A stretch of DNA of 62,865 bases, filler included, from Rhabdomonas costata (GCA_019059605.1; 43 parts of 43 records of this genome joined end to end with filler, not necessarily neighbours in it), one strand, 5' to 3'; positions 24,913-36,825 are shown, counted from the first letter of the whole stretch. Made by a program: numbers and translations. The notes: generated by a model from the letters alone, not told the origin.

Positions 24913-26131
24913 GTTCATATACTACCCGTCCGGGCCTCAAGTGAGCTACAGTGATCTCACCCACTTCCACTCCTGCGTGGAGGGCAAGAGCCCGTACAGC
25001 TGCGCGGTGTTTCGGGACAAGGTGTCGAGTCCTCTCTGCTGCATTACGTGATGCTCTTTTCTTGCCTGAAGGCTGTGCTCATAGTGTGGACCTTCTGCTC
25101 TTTGGAAGCTTCCGTAAGCCTGCTGGGGCATTCCTTACATACTGTATATCCTTTTGCAGAAGCTTTCATGGAGCAACCCTCTTGTCTCCATTCGGAAACA
25201 TTAGAAATAAGAGGCCAGCAACCAGTCAGTGCGCTCTGCGCCCAACACGCGCAGGCCCCCGGCACGGTCGCCCTCAGTGTGCTGGTGACGGTGGAGATGT
25301 TTAACGCCTTGAACGCCCTCTCCGAGGATGAGTCCCTGCTGCGAGTCGGTATGTGCTTGTGTGCTTTCTCTTGCCTTACGGTTTTGTATGTTCTGTATAT
25401 TTGGGACCTGAATGCACTAACTGCCAAAAGTATATGTCATAGGACACACCGTGCACCCCCTGTCAAGCATTGCCTTGATCATACATAAAATTGTTGGCGT
25501 GTGTGTGCCTCAGCAATCATATATTTAGTTTCGCTAGTGATCTTCAGGCAAGGCTTATGTCCCCAACCAGGCACCTGCTGGCCCCCGTGATTCGCAGGGG
25601 AGACCTGGTTGGGTTGGGGCCAGAGGTGCCTTCAACCTAACGCCTAATCGAGACCAGCTTGTTAGACCGTGATATGGAATCGAGCCGACTTCGGCGCTTG
25701 GGAGCACCAGTGTTTACCTTTTTCATCCAACTCAGTGTGACTTGTGGGGTGCAGCCGAAGTATGCCTTCAGTACCGACCAGTTTGAGTCTGAGTTCGCGC
25801 TGAACATCTCCTTTACCTCCGTTGGGTTTTTATTCCACACCACAAATGGTGCCATTCTTACCAAAACGCAGGGTGCCTCCTGTGCTAATCTCGGGGGCAA
25901 ATCTTTCACGGTGGGTGACAGATTCATTTACCCTTTGTCGCTCAGCCGGAGCACCGCCACACATCTCTGCCTCCTTTCTCTCTCTCTGTCTCTCTCTCTC
26001 AGTGATTGTATGTCTTCAGGTCCCTTGAGCAACTTATGGCTGCTTGGCGCCATTGCGACCTCCTTTGCGCTGCACTTCCTGATCCTCTACACCCCGGGCC
26101 TGCAGGCCGTATTCGGGGTCACCCCACTGAG
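24913..26131 (+). CDS. SERCA: SERCA-type (P2A) Ca2+-transporting ATPase, C-terminal membrane region; exons 24913-25021, 25255-25348, 26020-26131
   Basis: TVALSVLVTVEMFNALNALSEDESLL (M8) and PLSNLWLLGAIATSFALHFLILYTP..Q.VFGVTPL (M9) are diagnostic. The three GT-AG-bounded exons join in frame. Confidence 0.93.
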
Positions 26132-26658
26132 GTACATCATATATCCTTTGGCGTTTTTAGGCAGGTTTGGCCCGTTGTTTTGCTAATTTCACCATCTCGC
26201 CCCGAACCGGACGTTTCTGCCAGGGAAAGAAGGAGGTTTGCATTTCCAAAAACCCACCNNNNNNNNNNNNNNNNNNNNNNNNNNNNNNNNNNNNNNNNNN
26301 NNTTAATTAATTAANNNNNNNNNNNNNNNNNNNNNNNNNNNNNNNNNNNNNNNNNNNNGGGGGGGTGGGACAAGGGAAACGATCGGAAACGTGGAGATCA
26401 CAGAACTACACTACGGAAAAGTTCACAAAAAAGAGGTGTGCGAAACTGCAAACAAAACCCGAGACTCTAGCTTTTCCTTCGCTTTCGCAGTAAGTGTCAA
26501 GCAAGTATCAAGTACAAGTACTGCAAGATAGTGAGTCACGGGCTTTCACGTTCACATCTTCGTTGCTCAAAAACAGAGCCATGCAATCTTAAAGTTTCCG
26601 TTATTCTATCGAATTCAGGGGTTCAACAGCAGGACACAGGAGGAAAAGCGCTGGTCAC

Positions 26659-27667
26659 GCCTTCAACGCGGGCTCCTCGTTCAGAGCTGGGGTGTACCGG
26701 AAATCCCCTGAGGGCAGCAACGCCACCGCTAACCACATTTGGCCACAAGAAGCGACTCCATGCCAACACACAAAGCCGTGAAGCAAGAGAGAGAGAGAGA
26801 GAGAGCACAAACGAAGGAGCCTCCGTCCACCGGCCAAAAGGCAGGAAGCCACCTAGGAAAGCACTTATGCGGAATGCTGTGCTGCAACCCACAGAACCTT
26901 GGCACCACAAGCAGGTGCACGCATGCATGAATAGGCACCCGTATGCAGAAATGTCCCCAGTGCGGTTGTGAACAGCAGCATCACAGCGCCGGGGCAGTGG
27001 TTGGCATCCAAAGCCACAACCCGAATGCCTCCTGTGCAGCAAGAAGCAGGAAAAAAGAAGAACGACTGGAACGTAGAACTGCCCAGGAGCTTCCACTGCA
27101 ATCGAAAGCAACGTGCAAGCAACGTGCGCATTCTTTTCAATCATTTACCCTGACCCCATTTCACCATCGTGCACCCGTGACTTGTTTCCATGCGTTCACC
27201 TTCTTTTTCTACTGTTTACAGACACACTATAATATATTGGGCTTCATCCAGAACTCTCATCTGTTTCACTGTTGCGTCCTTTGCGCTTTCATTTGGTTGC
27301 CTGCGGATTGTGGTGAACGCTTGTGTTTGATGGAGAACTGATCCAAGGCTGATCCAGTCCACCGATCCAATCAAAGCATCACCAGTGCCAGGTCCGGGCA
27401 TGACCAGGTAAAATGGAATGTATACCTCATTCTCATTGCCAAAGTTGACCGCACGCCACCACCACAGCAGCAGCAGAGGAGGAGAAAAGGCAATTTGACA
27501 AAAACGAATTCGCGTAGATAAACGAGGGGAGGACCTTCCAGGGTGACCTCGGTGTTGAGCGGGAGCACATTAAGGCGGGAGCGAGACACCCTCAGGCGGT
27601 GCTCCACCAGCGCTGCCGTGGCCGAGGAGCAATGGATGGTTCCAGCGGAGAAAGACTTCGTCAGGCC
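26659..27667 (-). CDS. SNM1: SNM1/Pso2 (DCLRE1) beta-CASP metallo-beta-lactamase DNA cross-link repair nuclease; exons 27667-27535, 27031-26939, 26707 to about 26659
   Basis: Spliced peptide GLTKSFSAGTIHCSSATAALVEHRL...LPLN...ALDANHCPGAVMLLF....FLHTGDFR carries the family motifs DANHCPGA and HTGDFR. Phases are consistent. Confidence 0.92.
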
Positions 27668-27994
27668 CTACCCAACAGAGTGACTCCCACTACATGCTAC
27701 CAGTGGACACCGGAAACCAACACNNNNNNNNNNNNNNNNNNNNNNNNNNNNNNNNNNNNNNNNNNNNTTAATTAATTAANNNNNNNNNNNNNNNNNNNNN
27801 NNNNNNNNNNNNNNNNNNNNNNNGGGTGTGGTGAGCGCACTGCAGCGCGTTGAATAGAATTGCAGGAGCAGATGGATTCGAGTAGATCACCGGCGAAAGA
27901 ACCAGACGATGGATTGCTTGAGACGATGGAAGCTGACGAGAAAGAGCCGCTAACGGATTCTGAAGAATGAAAGAGCGAAGATAAATACGACGAA

Positions 27995-28462
27995 GTGGTT
28001 TTAATCAAGTTTAAAGGAAGAATCCCGTTACCAATATTTGGGCCAGAAGAAGATGTAAATGTTGATTCAACGATCCTCATGGCTATGCGCTGTAAATTGA
28101 TGGTGACCACATGCATTGACCATTTTGCCCCAGCGAAGCATCATCAGCTTCCGAGGTACTTCACTTTATACGCCTAAGATAAAGATGCGATTGGATATAA
28201 TGCGTTTGGTTTTGTGTGGAGCCAGAAATGTGTCTGTTTGCTAACCCGCCGTGGAGCATTATAGCCCACGTACGGGCTAAAGCATGTCTTGATAAAGCTA
28301 GATTGATGCTGGTTACACCATTGTGACCGGATGCCCCGTGGTACCCTTTGCTAAAGGCTCTCACGGTTAGAAGAGCGGAGTGGCAAGGAAGGCTAAACCT
28401 GTATAAATCTGTGAAGTTGAGACCCAGACTCAAGTTGGCTACGTTGTTTTTTTACGTGGTAG
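27995..28462 (+). pseudogene. Decayed retroelement-type Dam-like DNA N6-adenine methyltransferase (copy 1)
   Basis: CIDHFA...LPRYFTL...AIGYNAF..VWS / CLFANPPWSII...LMLVTPL*PDAPWYPLLKAL. NPPW at 28243-28254, stops at 28175-28177 and 28324-28326, frameshift near 28222. Same motif set as the MT domain of DIRS1-type retrotransposons. Confidence 0.8.
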
Positions 28463-29889
28463 GAAAAGAAGCGGAATGTAAATGAACAATTTAGAAAAGA
28501 CAGGATATATGGAGTTTCATCACGAAGTTGAGCAGCGGATAAACGCGAGATCGGATAAAGTGGACGTTTTTCGTAGTTCATTGTTAATTCTTGTTGTCCT
28601 TTTGTATCAGCTGAAGAAGGGCAGGGTGTCATATACTCGGGTTGTGCTTTTTACAGAATTGCCTAGGTCATATGTTCTTGCTCTTGCTTCGCCTTCTTCC
28701 TCAACTTTCTCTCCATTCAACTGCTCCATTTATCTTCCGTGACTTCTTCCACTGGCTTTATCCAAATGCACCACTACTTCATCAACTCTTGAGCTTTTAT
28801 GAAGTCTCGTCTCACCAACAGAAATTATCTCTGCTTCCTCTATTCTCAACTCAAGCTCTGAACTTCCATCTTTAGCTGATCAACCATTCCTCTCGAATCG
28901 CTTATATCGACCAATCTCTACAATCCGTCGAAAATCACTCTGAAAATTATATACGACTGCGAACACAAGCGTGTTCTTCATCTTTTCATCCACTCGAAGG
29001 CTCTCCTACGTGTGCTGAGCCGTTGTACACTCCACTGCTAGGGCGGAGGGCTTCTCTCTGACGACCGACGACCGATCTCTTTAAAGGCTCGCATCCGCAA
29101 TACAACTCTGCTACACTCCACAGTACATATTGTTTAACTCCCTTTTTTCTCGCACACTTCCTCTCATGGAACGTCTTGGCTCCACAACCNNNNNNNNNNN
29201 NNNNNNNNNNNNNNNNNNNNNNNNNNNNNNNNNTTAATTAATTAANNNNNNNNNNNNNNNNNNNNNNNNNNNNNNNNNNNNNNNNNNNNGTCGTGTAAAA
29301 ATAGTTCACAAAATTGTAAAAATGGCGAAGGGAGAAAGAAGCGGGGAGGCGGATGAGGTTGCATCGGAAGAAGCGTTCAATGACTGAAGGACGGAAACAC
29401 CTGAGCCAGACACCAGGATTCGAGGTCGCACCAGAATGCCCACCTTGCAATTCAGACTGAGGGTTATGGCTGTATTCTTGATGTATTTCTCGCGGTGGTG
29501 GGAGCATTCGTTTCTCGAAAAGGGGGGTGGAAGGCATGGAAAATGTTTGGGACCCATATTTATGCACCTGGTCGTCTTGAAAACTGCAATCTGACTGGTG
29601 GGATCACCCGCACTTCACCGAAACTCGGAGCCTGGTGTATGCTTGCGCATGTAATTGACGGGGCTGGGATTACGCAGGCTTGTCAGAAATGGTGGACCTT
29701 CTCGGGCCTTTGAATTTACTCAAATTGGTCGCAATTTGAGTAAATTTTTTCGCTCTCAAACGCTTCTGTGAAGTGCTTCCACCGGCGTATTGCTCTGCAA
29801 CCTCAAGCTGTGATGTGCCCTATATCCGCTCTTCCGCCCACAATATGGTTTTTACCTGCCGTTCCGCGACCGCATCCTGTGGGCGGCAG

Positions 29890-30620
29890 GTGCCCTGACC
29901 TACCGCTTCATCAACCAGTCATCCTCCACCAGAGCTAGCGAGGACTCCGCGGGGGCCAAGGCGGTGGTCCTGAGCCCCACGGAGCGCTACCTGGTCAGCG
30001 AGGAGTACAAGCGGCGCACCCTGGCCCGGTTCTCCGCAGACGAGCTGATCACCGTGGCCGTCACCCAGCCCACGGTGATGCTGGCACGGTCCGAGATCAA
30101 CACCCCAGTGAAGACGGTGCACACCCGCTTCGCGCCCCTGGGCAACCTGGTGTTCACCCGGGACCAGCAGATCGTCACCGGGAAGGGGATCATTCTTGGT
30201 GTGCGTCCCGTGTATTTGAGATTGTATATGTGGTGCACGGGACGCGGGGGGTGCTCAGCCCCTCCCCTCCGAGCTTCCCTCCTGCCCTCGAAAAACGTCT
30301 GCCATCCCCAAGAAAAGCGAGCGATTGTTGATGCTCTGGTAGCCTCCCCTCTCTCTGTTTCTCTCTCGCTTGCTTGCTCGCTCCCATTACAAACAAAAAC
30401 ATTCAAAAAAAATAAAGGGAGCCTGAACTCCCCGCAGCGCCACGGGGAGAGCGCGGTGCTGCGACAGTGCTGGGCGCAGCTGGGATTTCCGCTGGCCGCG
30501 GACCTCCCGCAGCTGTCATCGACGGCGCGTCTGGAGGGCGGGGACTTCTTCCCTCTTGGGCCGCGGTTGAGCCTTATTGGGGTAGGCTTGCGGACCAACC
30601 TGGAGGCGGTTCAGCTGCTG
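29890..30620 (+). CDS. ADI: Arginine deiminase (eukaryotic/archaeal type); exons 29890-30198 and 30418-30620
   Basis: PLGNLVFTRDQQIVTGKGIILG|SLNSPQR..E and RLEGGDFFP...LIGVGLRTN are ADI signature motifs. A GT-AG intron at 30199-30417 restores their spacing. Confidence 0.92.
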
Positions 30621-32315
30621 GTAATGGCTTACCCCTTTATCATCACACACACATNNNNNNNNNNNNNNNNNNNNNNNNNNNNNNNNNNNNNNNNNNNNTT
30701 AATTAATTAANNNNNNNNNNNNNNNNNNNNNNNNNNNNNNNNNNNNNNNNNNNNGGTGTGGGGGACGGAGCGGGTCGGATGCTGCCCGGCAAGCCATGGA
30801 GTGCGGCGGGAAGGCGGCTCATCACCGAAAGTTCCGGAAGGAAAGGGACGTCAGCGATTGCGCGTACGGGAAGGGGATGGAAGCAAAAAGAAACGAAGCG
30901 GGGGATTGAAAAATATGAAAAATAAAGAGAATAGGAGGTTATGTGTTGCACACAGAAGACACTTTTCTGGGAAACCAACAAGAAAAAAGGGCGGAAAAAT
31001 GAAAGCTCTCGAAAAGAGGCAAGTGATGTTCTCAGAGGCAGTCAATGAAATTGTCTCTATTTTGACCCCATGGAAACGGTACTGGAAAGCATTTGCATTG
31101 ATTCGATTCTGGTTAACATATGAACCAGACTGGATGAAATCAGAGTTTCAGCATTCAAAAGGATGCTGCAGAACCCGTGATATTATCGATCCATTGAGAT
31201 GAAAAAGGACTGACGAGCGGCATTCCGGGAGCAAAATAATACAAAAAAAAATACTGCAAAATATTGCTTCTTCCGTGAAACGCAAGGCATGTGGCGGGCT
31301 GCTATCTGGTGATAATTTGCAACAACATTCGGTTACACAGTTTGAACCGCACTGCTCTTTGCCCAAAAAGAGAACAAAAATGAATGAAAAGCATCTTTAG
31401 CGCGGTGCGACCAACAGAATGGACACCAAAGCCGCACAAGCGATGCTGGGGCGCTCCAATGTATGGACTACAAGCAGAGCAGCCAAAAAGCTCTTAGCCA
31501 AGTTCCTCAAACCGTTATCACAAAGAAAAAACGAGTGGAGCACCTTTCCCAGAAAGCAAACGAGGCAAAAGAAGCAAGAATGGTAGGGTGGGAAGGGTAA
31601 ATCTCCACATCACATCCAATGTTTCCTTTCAAAAGAGAGACCCAGTTCGGGAAACACCCACCCAAATACCCCAATGCTCAGCGTCTGAGCATTTCAGGAA
31701 AAGGGAAAAGCAATTTGTACAGGACAGAAAAGCGTACGCCCGCACCGGAGAGGTGGTCTTTTGACAAATAAGTCATCGAATCCCCATCGCAACTCTCCCT
31801 CCGAAGAAGGTCTCCGGCAAGGTTTTGTGAGCATACGGAATGACATGTTTGTTTGGGGTCGGTCAGCAAGGTTCAAAGTTAGTCCTGCATGTCATGCTGC
31901 TTCGTTTGTAGCGAAAATACCAGAATCCGCTATCATCTGAAGCTTCTTAACTCCCTTAGGTAATTTTTGAAGCCCAATGGTGAGGTAGTTTTTTTTTTTT
32001 GCTAAAAACTGAGCCGGGTTTTGGGGGTGATTTATTGATTCAGTGGAAAGGAAGAGAATCAGCCGCGAGAAATTAATAAGAGCTGGTACAAGGGAATATT
32101 AATATTAACAACATTCACANNNNNNNNNNNNNNNNNNNNNNNNNNNNNNNNNNNNNNNNNNNNTTAATTAATTAANNNNNNNNNNNNNNNNNNNNNNNNN
32201 NNNNNNNNNNNNNNNNNNNGACGGGTGCCCCCCCCCCAACTCGGTATCCCCCAGCTATCTTAGATACGTGGCAGGCTAATGCAACGGCACGCACGTCTCC
32301 AGTCAACCATGACGC

Positions 32316-33318
32316 ACACCAGGGGCGAGCTCCCCCTCGGGGGTCATCTGGACAGATTCAAGCAGGGCCTCCAGCCCACCCATTTCCCCAGGACTGACGT
32401 GGCCGGCGACCACCTCAGCCTGGAGCAACCCGTTCATCAGTCCCAGGGCACGGAACTCCCGAACTCCTGAGAGTGTGTGTGTGTGTGTTGGGCGATGCGG
32501 CTGCTGCGGACTCAGCCCCTCTTGCAGTCCTTCAGACAGGTGCACCTGTCGTGCTCACGTGCACAAAACACAGAGAAGACCCAAACTGTTCCGATCAGAG
32601 TATCCGTCTCTCTGCTCACCACGGATGGGTAACGGTCTGAGGGCGCAAAGACTAGGCATCCAGCGTTTCGGGAGGCCACTTGAATACAAAAAAGGCCCTG
32701 GGGCTGCTTCGCCAAACGTATGCAGGAAGCTGTGCCTAACAACACCAGTGCAGTGGAGCATCACAAAGTGCGATTGAGGGCAGATCCCATTCAGGTCGTT
32801 GGGTGTTCGATACTCAAAGAAGGGTTTTGCGTGGGCAACCACTAATACAACACACCGGATATGAGGGCAGTGCCGCTGGGTGAACATGAATTCCTTCTCT
32901 TTGTAGCTTTGTAAAGGTTTGGGGAGAGAGGGGGGTGGGAGCCATTGGGAAAAAGTGCCGGCGGGTTAACCTCGAAAGCCATCTGCGAACATCCATCCTT
33001 GCCTGCTTCACCGGTGAAGGAACCTAAAATCGGGAGCTGCCCATTTTGGCGCAAGAGCTTCACAAGACCGGTAACCTTAGTAGATCTGGATCTGGAGAGC
33101 AAGGCCCCATCTGCATGGCACCATGAACATTTTCCAAAGCGGCCCCCGCAGCTGAGGCCGGGAAGGAGGTGGGTGGATGGAGAGGGAAGAGGGCCAACCT
33201 CCCGTCCCGGGAATAAGGGACATCACCACCTCCAGGCCGTTCCAGCGGTCCGGTGCGTTGTCAGCATCCAAGTCCTCAATCGCCAGGGCCCACACCAGCG
33301 CAAGCCCGTACCACGGGT
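32316..33318 (-). CDS. Hypothetical protein, two probable exons (about 33318-33200 and 32467-32316)
   Basis: GC3-rich blocks PWYGLALVWALAIEDLDADNAPDRWNGLEVVMSLIP and VREFRALGLMNGLLQAEVV...LEALLESVQM, each after an AG acceptor. Confidence 0.4.
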
Positions 33319-33687
33319 CTGGGGGCAAGGGTGAATGTAATTGATGGGTATCAGGATCAGAATGAGATGACACGGTACAGTGTTTCCGCCGCAGCAACTC
33401 CTAACCTCTCAGCATGCGAGGGGTATCTTTTCTGTGGGGGTTGCTCTTTCGACTCGCTCAGGCATGCACACAAGGCACAAAAAAAAAGGAACAAAAGGGA
33501 ACGACATCCGCGAACAAACCTGCGCATAAAAGCAATTTACTAAAGCAACCTATGCGACAGTTTCTGTCCCCATTCCACACAAAANNNNNNNNNNNNNNNN
33601 NNNNNNNNNNNNNNNNNNNNNNNNNNNNTTAATTAATTAANNNNNNNNNNNNNNNNNNNNNNNNNNNNNNNNNNNNNNNNNNNNGGG

Positions 33688-34212
33688 GTGGGTCCTCTGT
33701 GGCAAAAGGTGGTGGTGATGTGGGAATGTTTGAATATGTCGATCGTACATGCAGAATGTGTGGATGATGGTTATGGTGAAGTGATGTTGCCTAGGGTTGA
33801 AGGATGGATTATTCTCCCAAATTTCGGGATGGAGGATGAGGTGAAGGTGGAACCAACCATCTTCATGAATATGTGTAGCAATTTGTTAGTCGTACCGTGT
33901 GTGGACCTGTTTGAGTCGAGAAGGTATCATCCGCTTCCAAGGTATTTCACCCTGGAAGAGGATGACGAGGAAGCGTTAGGGTGAAACGCGTTCGCATATG
34001 TGTGGAGTCCTGAAGTGTGTTTGTATGCAAACCCACCGTGGAGCCTTATTCCAATGGTGTTGGAAAAGATTCGCACGTAAGGGTCAATGGTGCTCCTGGT
34101 GACGCCCAACTGTGTGTCAGCACCGTGGTATGAGTTGTTGAAGGCAATGACTGTGAGAAGTGTCAAATGTAAAGGGAGGTTATACCTCACGGACGATGGT
34201 CGGCTGAGGGGC
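33688..34212 (+). pseudogene. Decayed retroelement-type Dam-like DNA N6-adenine methyltransferase (copy 2)
   Basis: CVDLFE..YHPLPRYFTL...ALG*NAFAYVWSPEVCLYANPPWSLIPMVLEKI..*GSMVLLVTP...APWYELLKAM in one frame. NPPW at 34030-34041, stops at 33982-33984 and 34078-34080. Collinear with copy 1. Confidence 0.85.
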
Positions 34213-35973
34213 CACTTTGAACCCCTGGGGCAACACGCTGTTCAGAGAAACCACCCACTACCAGCGCCGGCTTCCAATCCCTTTCATCACTTCCGCCTGG
34301 AATACCAGGTCCATGGATCCTGGTGCCGCCGGCTTCGGGAAACATGCGACTCTTGCTTGTCAAAGGGCTCCGGAAGTGGAAGCTGTAGCACGTCGATGCA
34401 TCGGGTCTCCGAGCGACATCCCACATTTGCTACCACGGCCGAATGAGCAGGAAGTCTGACGACACGCTTTTATGCAGGCCTTGCCGGTGGCGAAGACTTG
34501 GGATTGGTTTGTGAAGGATTGGGTGCCTGGCCAGTCCTCTGGAAACGATGGCGACGGGCTGGCAATTGCAACTGCTGGTTGACGTGGCCCCTGAGTTACC
34601 CCAAGCAATGGTGGACTTTCGAGCAGTTTTTTATCTTGCAGAGTACCATATGATGTGTAAAAGGTCCCGTTGGGCAATGAGGTTACAGGGAGAGTTGTCT
34701 GGGCTTACAGATGGAGATAACGTTTACGTTGACGTCTATGACGTGCACTAACTGATCTGTGCGAAAAACTACCTGCCATATCCAAGTTTTGTGACCCATC
34801 CAGATTGATTAACGATGTGGATCGGAGTTTCTGGTGGTATGCTGAAAACAACATTTACAAGTTAAGATACAGTCCTGGAGAGGCGACATTTGGGCAGGCT
34901 TTGCAGAAATTGAAGTCGGCTGTGCGGACGATGAAGCCGTGTAAGTTAGTGGTTAAATGGAATCATAGGAGAAGGAGTTGCTGAGCAAGTATTTCGAGTT
35001 GGTAGGACTTCCAGACCATCCACCAATAGTGGAGTTCCACAAACCAACNNNNNNNNNNNNNNNNNNNNNNNNNNNNNNNNNNNNNNNNNNNNTTAATTAA
35101 TTAANNNNNNNNNNNNNNNNNNNNNNNNNNNNNNNNNNNNNNNNNNNNTTGTGGTTGTACTTTGGAGGGATTCACTGTAGGGTTATTGAGAGTGATTAAA
35201 AATTGGGGTCGCGCAGCATTATGATATTTTGGGGTCGGATATCGTATCAGAAACTTGCATGATTAGGAACGCAATTGTGCAGTCCCCTTTCACGTCATTA
35301 CCTTCTCCCATGGTCCCATTCCTCGTTTTGCCTGAGCGTCCCACCGTGCAATGTTGACTGTCTCAAAAATAGCACTTGCTCGGACTGCGAAGTCCTGAAG
35401 TTGCCGGCACAGTGGATCTTTTCTTTGAAAGAGCCGCTGCCTTGTCAAAGGGGTCAAAGTTTTGGGCCAGGGTTCTGCAGGTTCACTGTTATCGCCTCAT
35501 GTGCTCAGGGGTTAGAAGACGATCGGGTCCTTGTCCGGGCGGTGCTGAAGCTGATGGCTCGGCTAGGGGGTGAGCCTGCGTTTCACTCCGAGGTAACGGG
35601 TGGGGTGCTACTGTGGTAAACTCGGCGTGGCAGCAAGTTCCGACATAGGAGGGATGACAAGCGTCACTTAATGTCGGGCGCCACTCCTTTTGTGTACTGT
35701 ATAAAAGTCCAGAAATCCTGTGCCCACTGACCAGCTGTGTACGTATGTCATTGTGTCACAGTGTCAGGCTCATTTTCGCTATACACTGAACCACACCTAT
35801 GTCACCCTCCCCCCCCAATCATAACAATAAATATTAATAAGCCACTTGTGAAGCAGTGTATCCACCTGCCCGGAGGACGAAATAAACAGATCTCGCAGGG
35901 GTTAGGGAGATTTACATGAGGAGGGGGACGATTTGATTGCTCTTTGTTCTGACCAAGATGCCTTACAACCTGG

Positions 35974-36315
35974 TTGACCGACCTGGGTTTCCAGGATGGG
36001 AGACCTAAATGTTGCCCGAAGTGTGGTTCTGATTTACAAGAGGAGCCGTGCTTGCATCGGAGTAAGGAGCACTGGAGATGCGGACGCAAGGCCTGCCATA
36101 ACCTCATTCCTGTTCAATCAGGACAGCTAGAGGGTACAAAGCTTCTGATGTCGTACATTAGGCTGGACACTTCCCTTATTGACTGGTTCTCTTTTGCTCG
36201 TCTTCGTTCTGGGTGGACACACTGCTCCACGTATGCCATACATACTTCAAGAAGGCCTCAAGGAAACTATAAGAAGCGAGACGAGTTGATTTTTGGTTTG
36301 AGGGGTTTGAGGTGA
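35974..36315 (+). mobile_element. Merlin/IS1595-like DNA transposase remnant (N-terminal zinc ribbon)
   Basis: CPKCGS.......HWRCGRKAC......G.LEGTKL followed by TSLIDWFSFAR resembles the Merlin/ISXO2 N-terminus. No intact DDE region or TIR seen. Confidence 0.5.
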
Positions 36316-36645
36316 GGGTGCAGGCTAATGGAGTACTCAGTGGCTGCGAACGAGTGGGAGAACGGATGTTCACGGATGCAAGTCAACCCTAATAACGCAA
36401 GATATCGTATGGTACCCACCCGTACAAACACGCACGAAGGTCCTCGATCAGCCCTTATCCTAACCAGAATCCCAACCCGAAGTCCAACTCAACCCCAAAA
36501 GCCACCCCAACACNNNNNNNNNNNNNNNNNNNNNNNNNNNNNNNNNNNNNNNNNNNNTTAATTAATTAANNNNNNNNNNNNNNNNNNNNNNNNNNNNNNN
36601 NNNNNNNNNNNNNTGTGGGGTTTTCTCATCTTGCCCTTCCTTTAG

Positions 36646-36825
36646 GTTTTCGACGCCTCCACCGGGGACACCACCTACAAATATGTATGGGACTACACAA
36701 GCAGCACGTTTGGGTTACACTACGACCGCCGGTGGATTGCCGTGGGGGTGCTGGCGTTCTGCGTCGTGGCAACCCGGGTGCTCACCCTTCTGGGCCTGCG
36801 CTTCGTGTGCCACCTCAAGCGCTGA
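36646..36825 (+). CDS. ABCG/PDR transporter terminal exon (absent from the ORF track)
   Basis: After cctttAG: VFDASTGDTTYKYVWDYTSSTFGLHYDRRWIAVGVLAFCVVATRVLTLLGLRFVCHLKR*, the typical PDR C-terminus (FG..YD...last TM...LR...H.KR*). Confidence 0.8.
   Translation, partial: VFDASTGDTTYKYVWDYTSSTFGLHYDRRWIAVGVLAFCVVATRVLTLLGLRFVCHLKR

Noticed and set aside
30755-32119. A-rich coding-like stretch (and similar ones at 41009-42373 and 55647-57010) as decayed elements
   Set aside because: No recognisable domain, terminal repeat or second copy in this window.
15221-34080. Stop-codon reassignment suggested by in-frame TGA/TAA in the integrase and methyltransferases
   Set aside because: The stops occur only in mobile-element relics, one of which also has a frameshift. 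Conserved host exons have none, and host genes appear to end in TAA, TAG and TGA.
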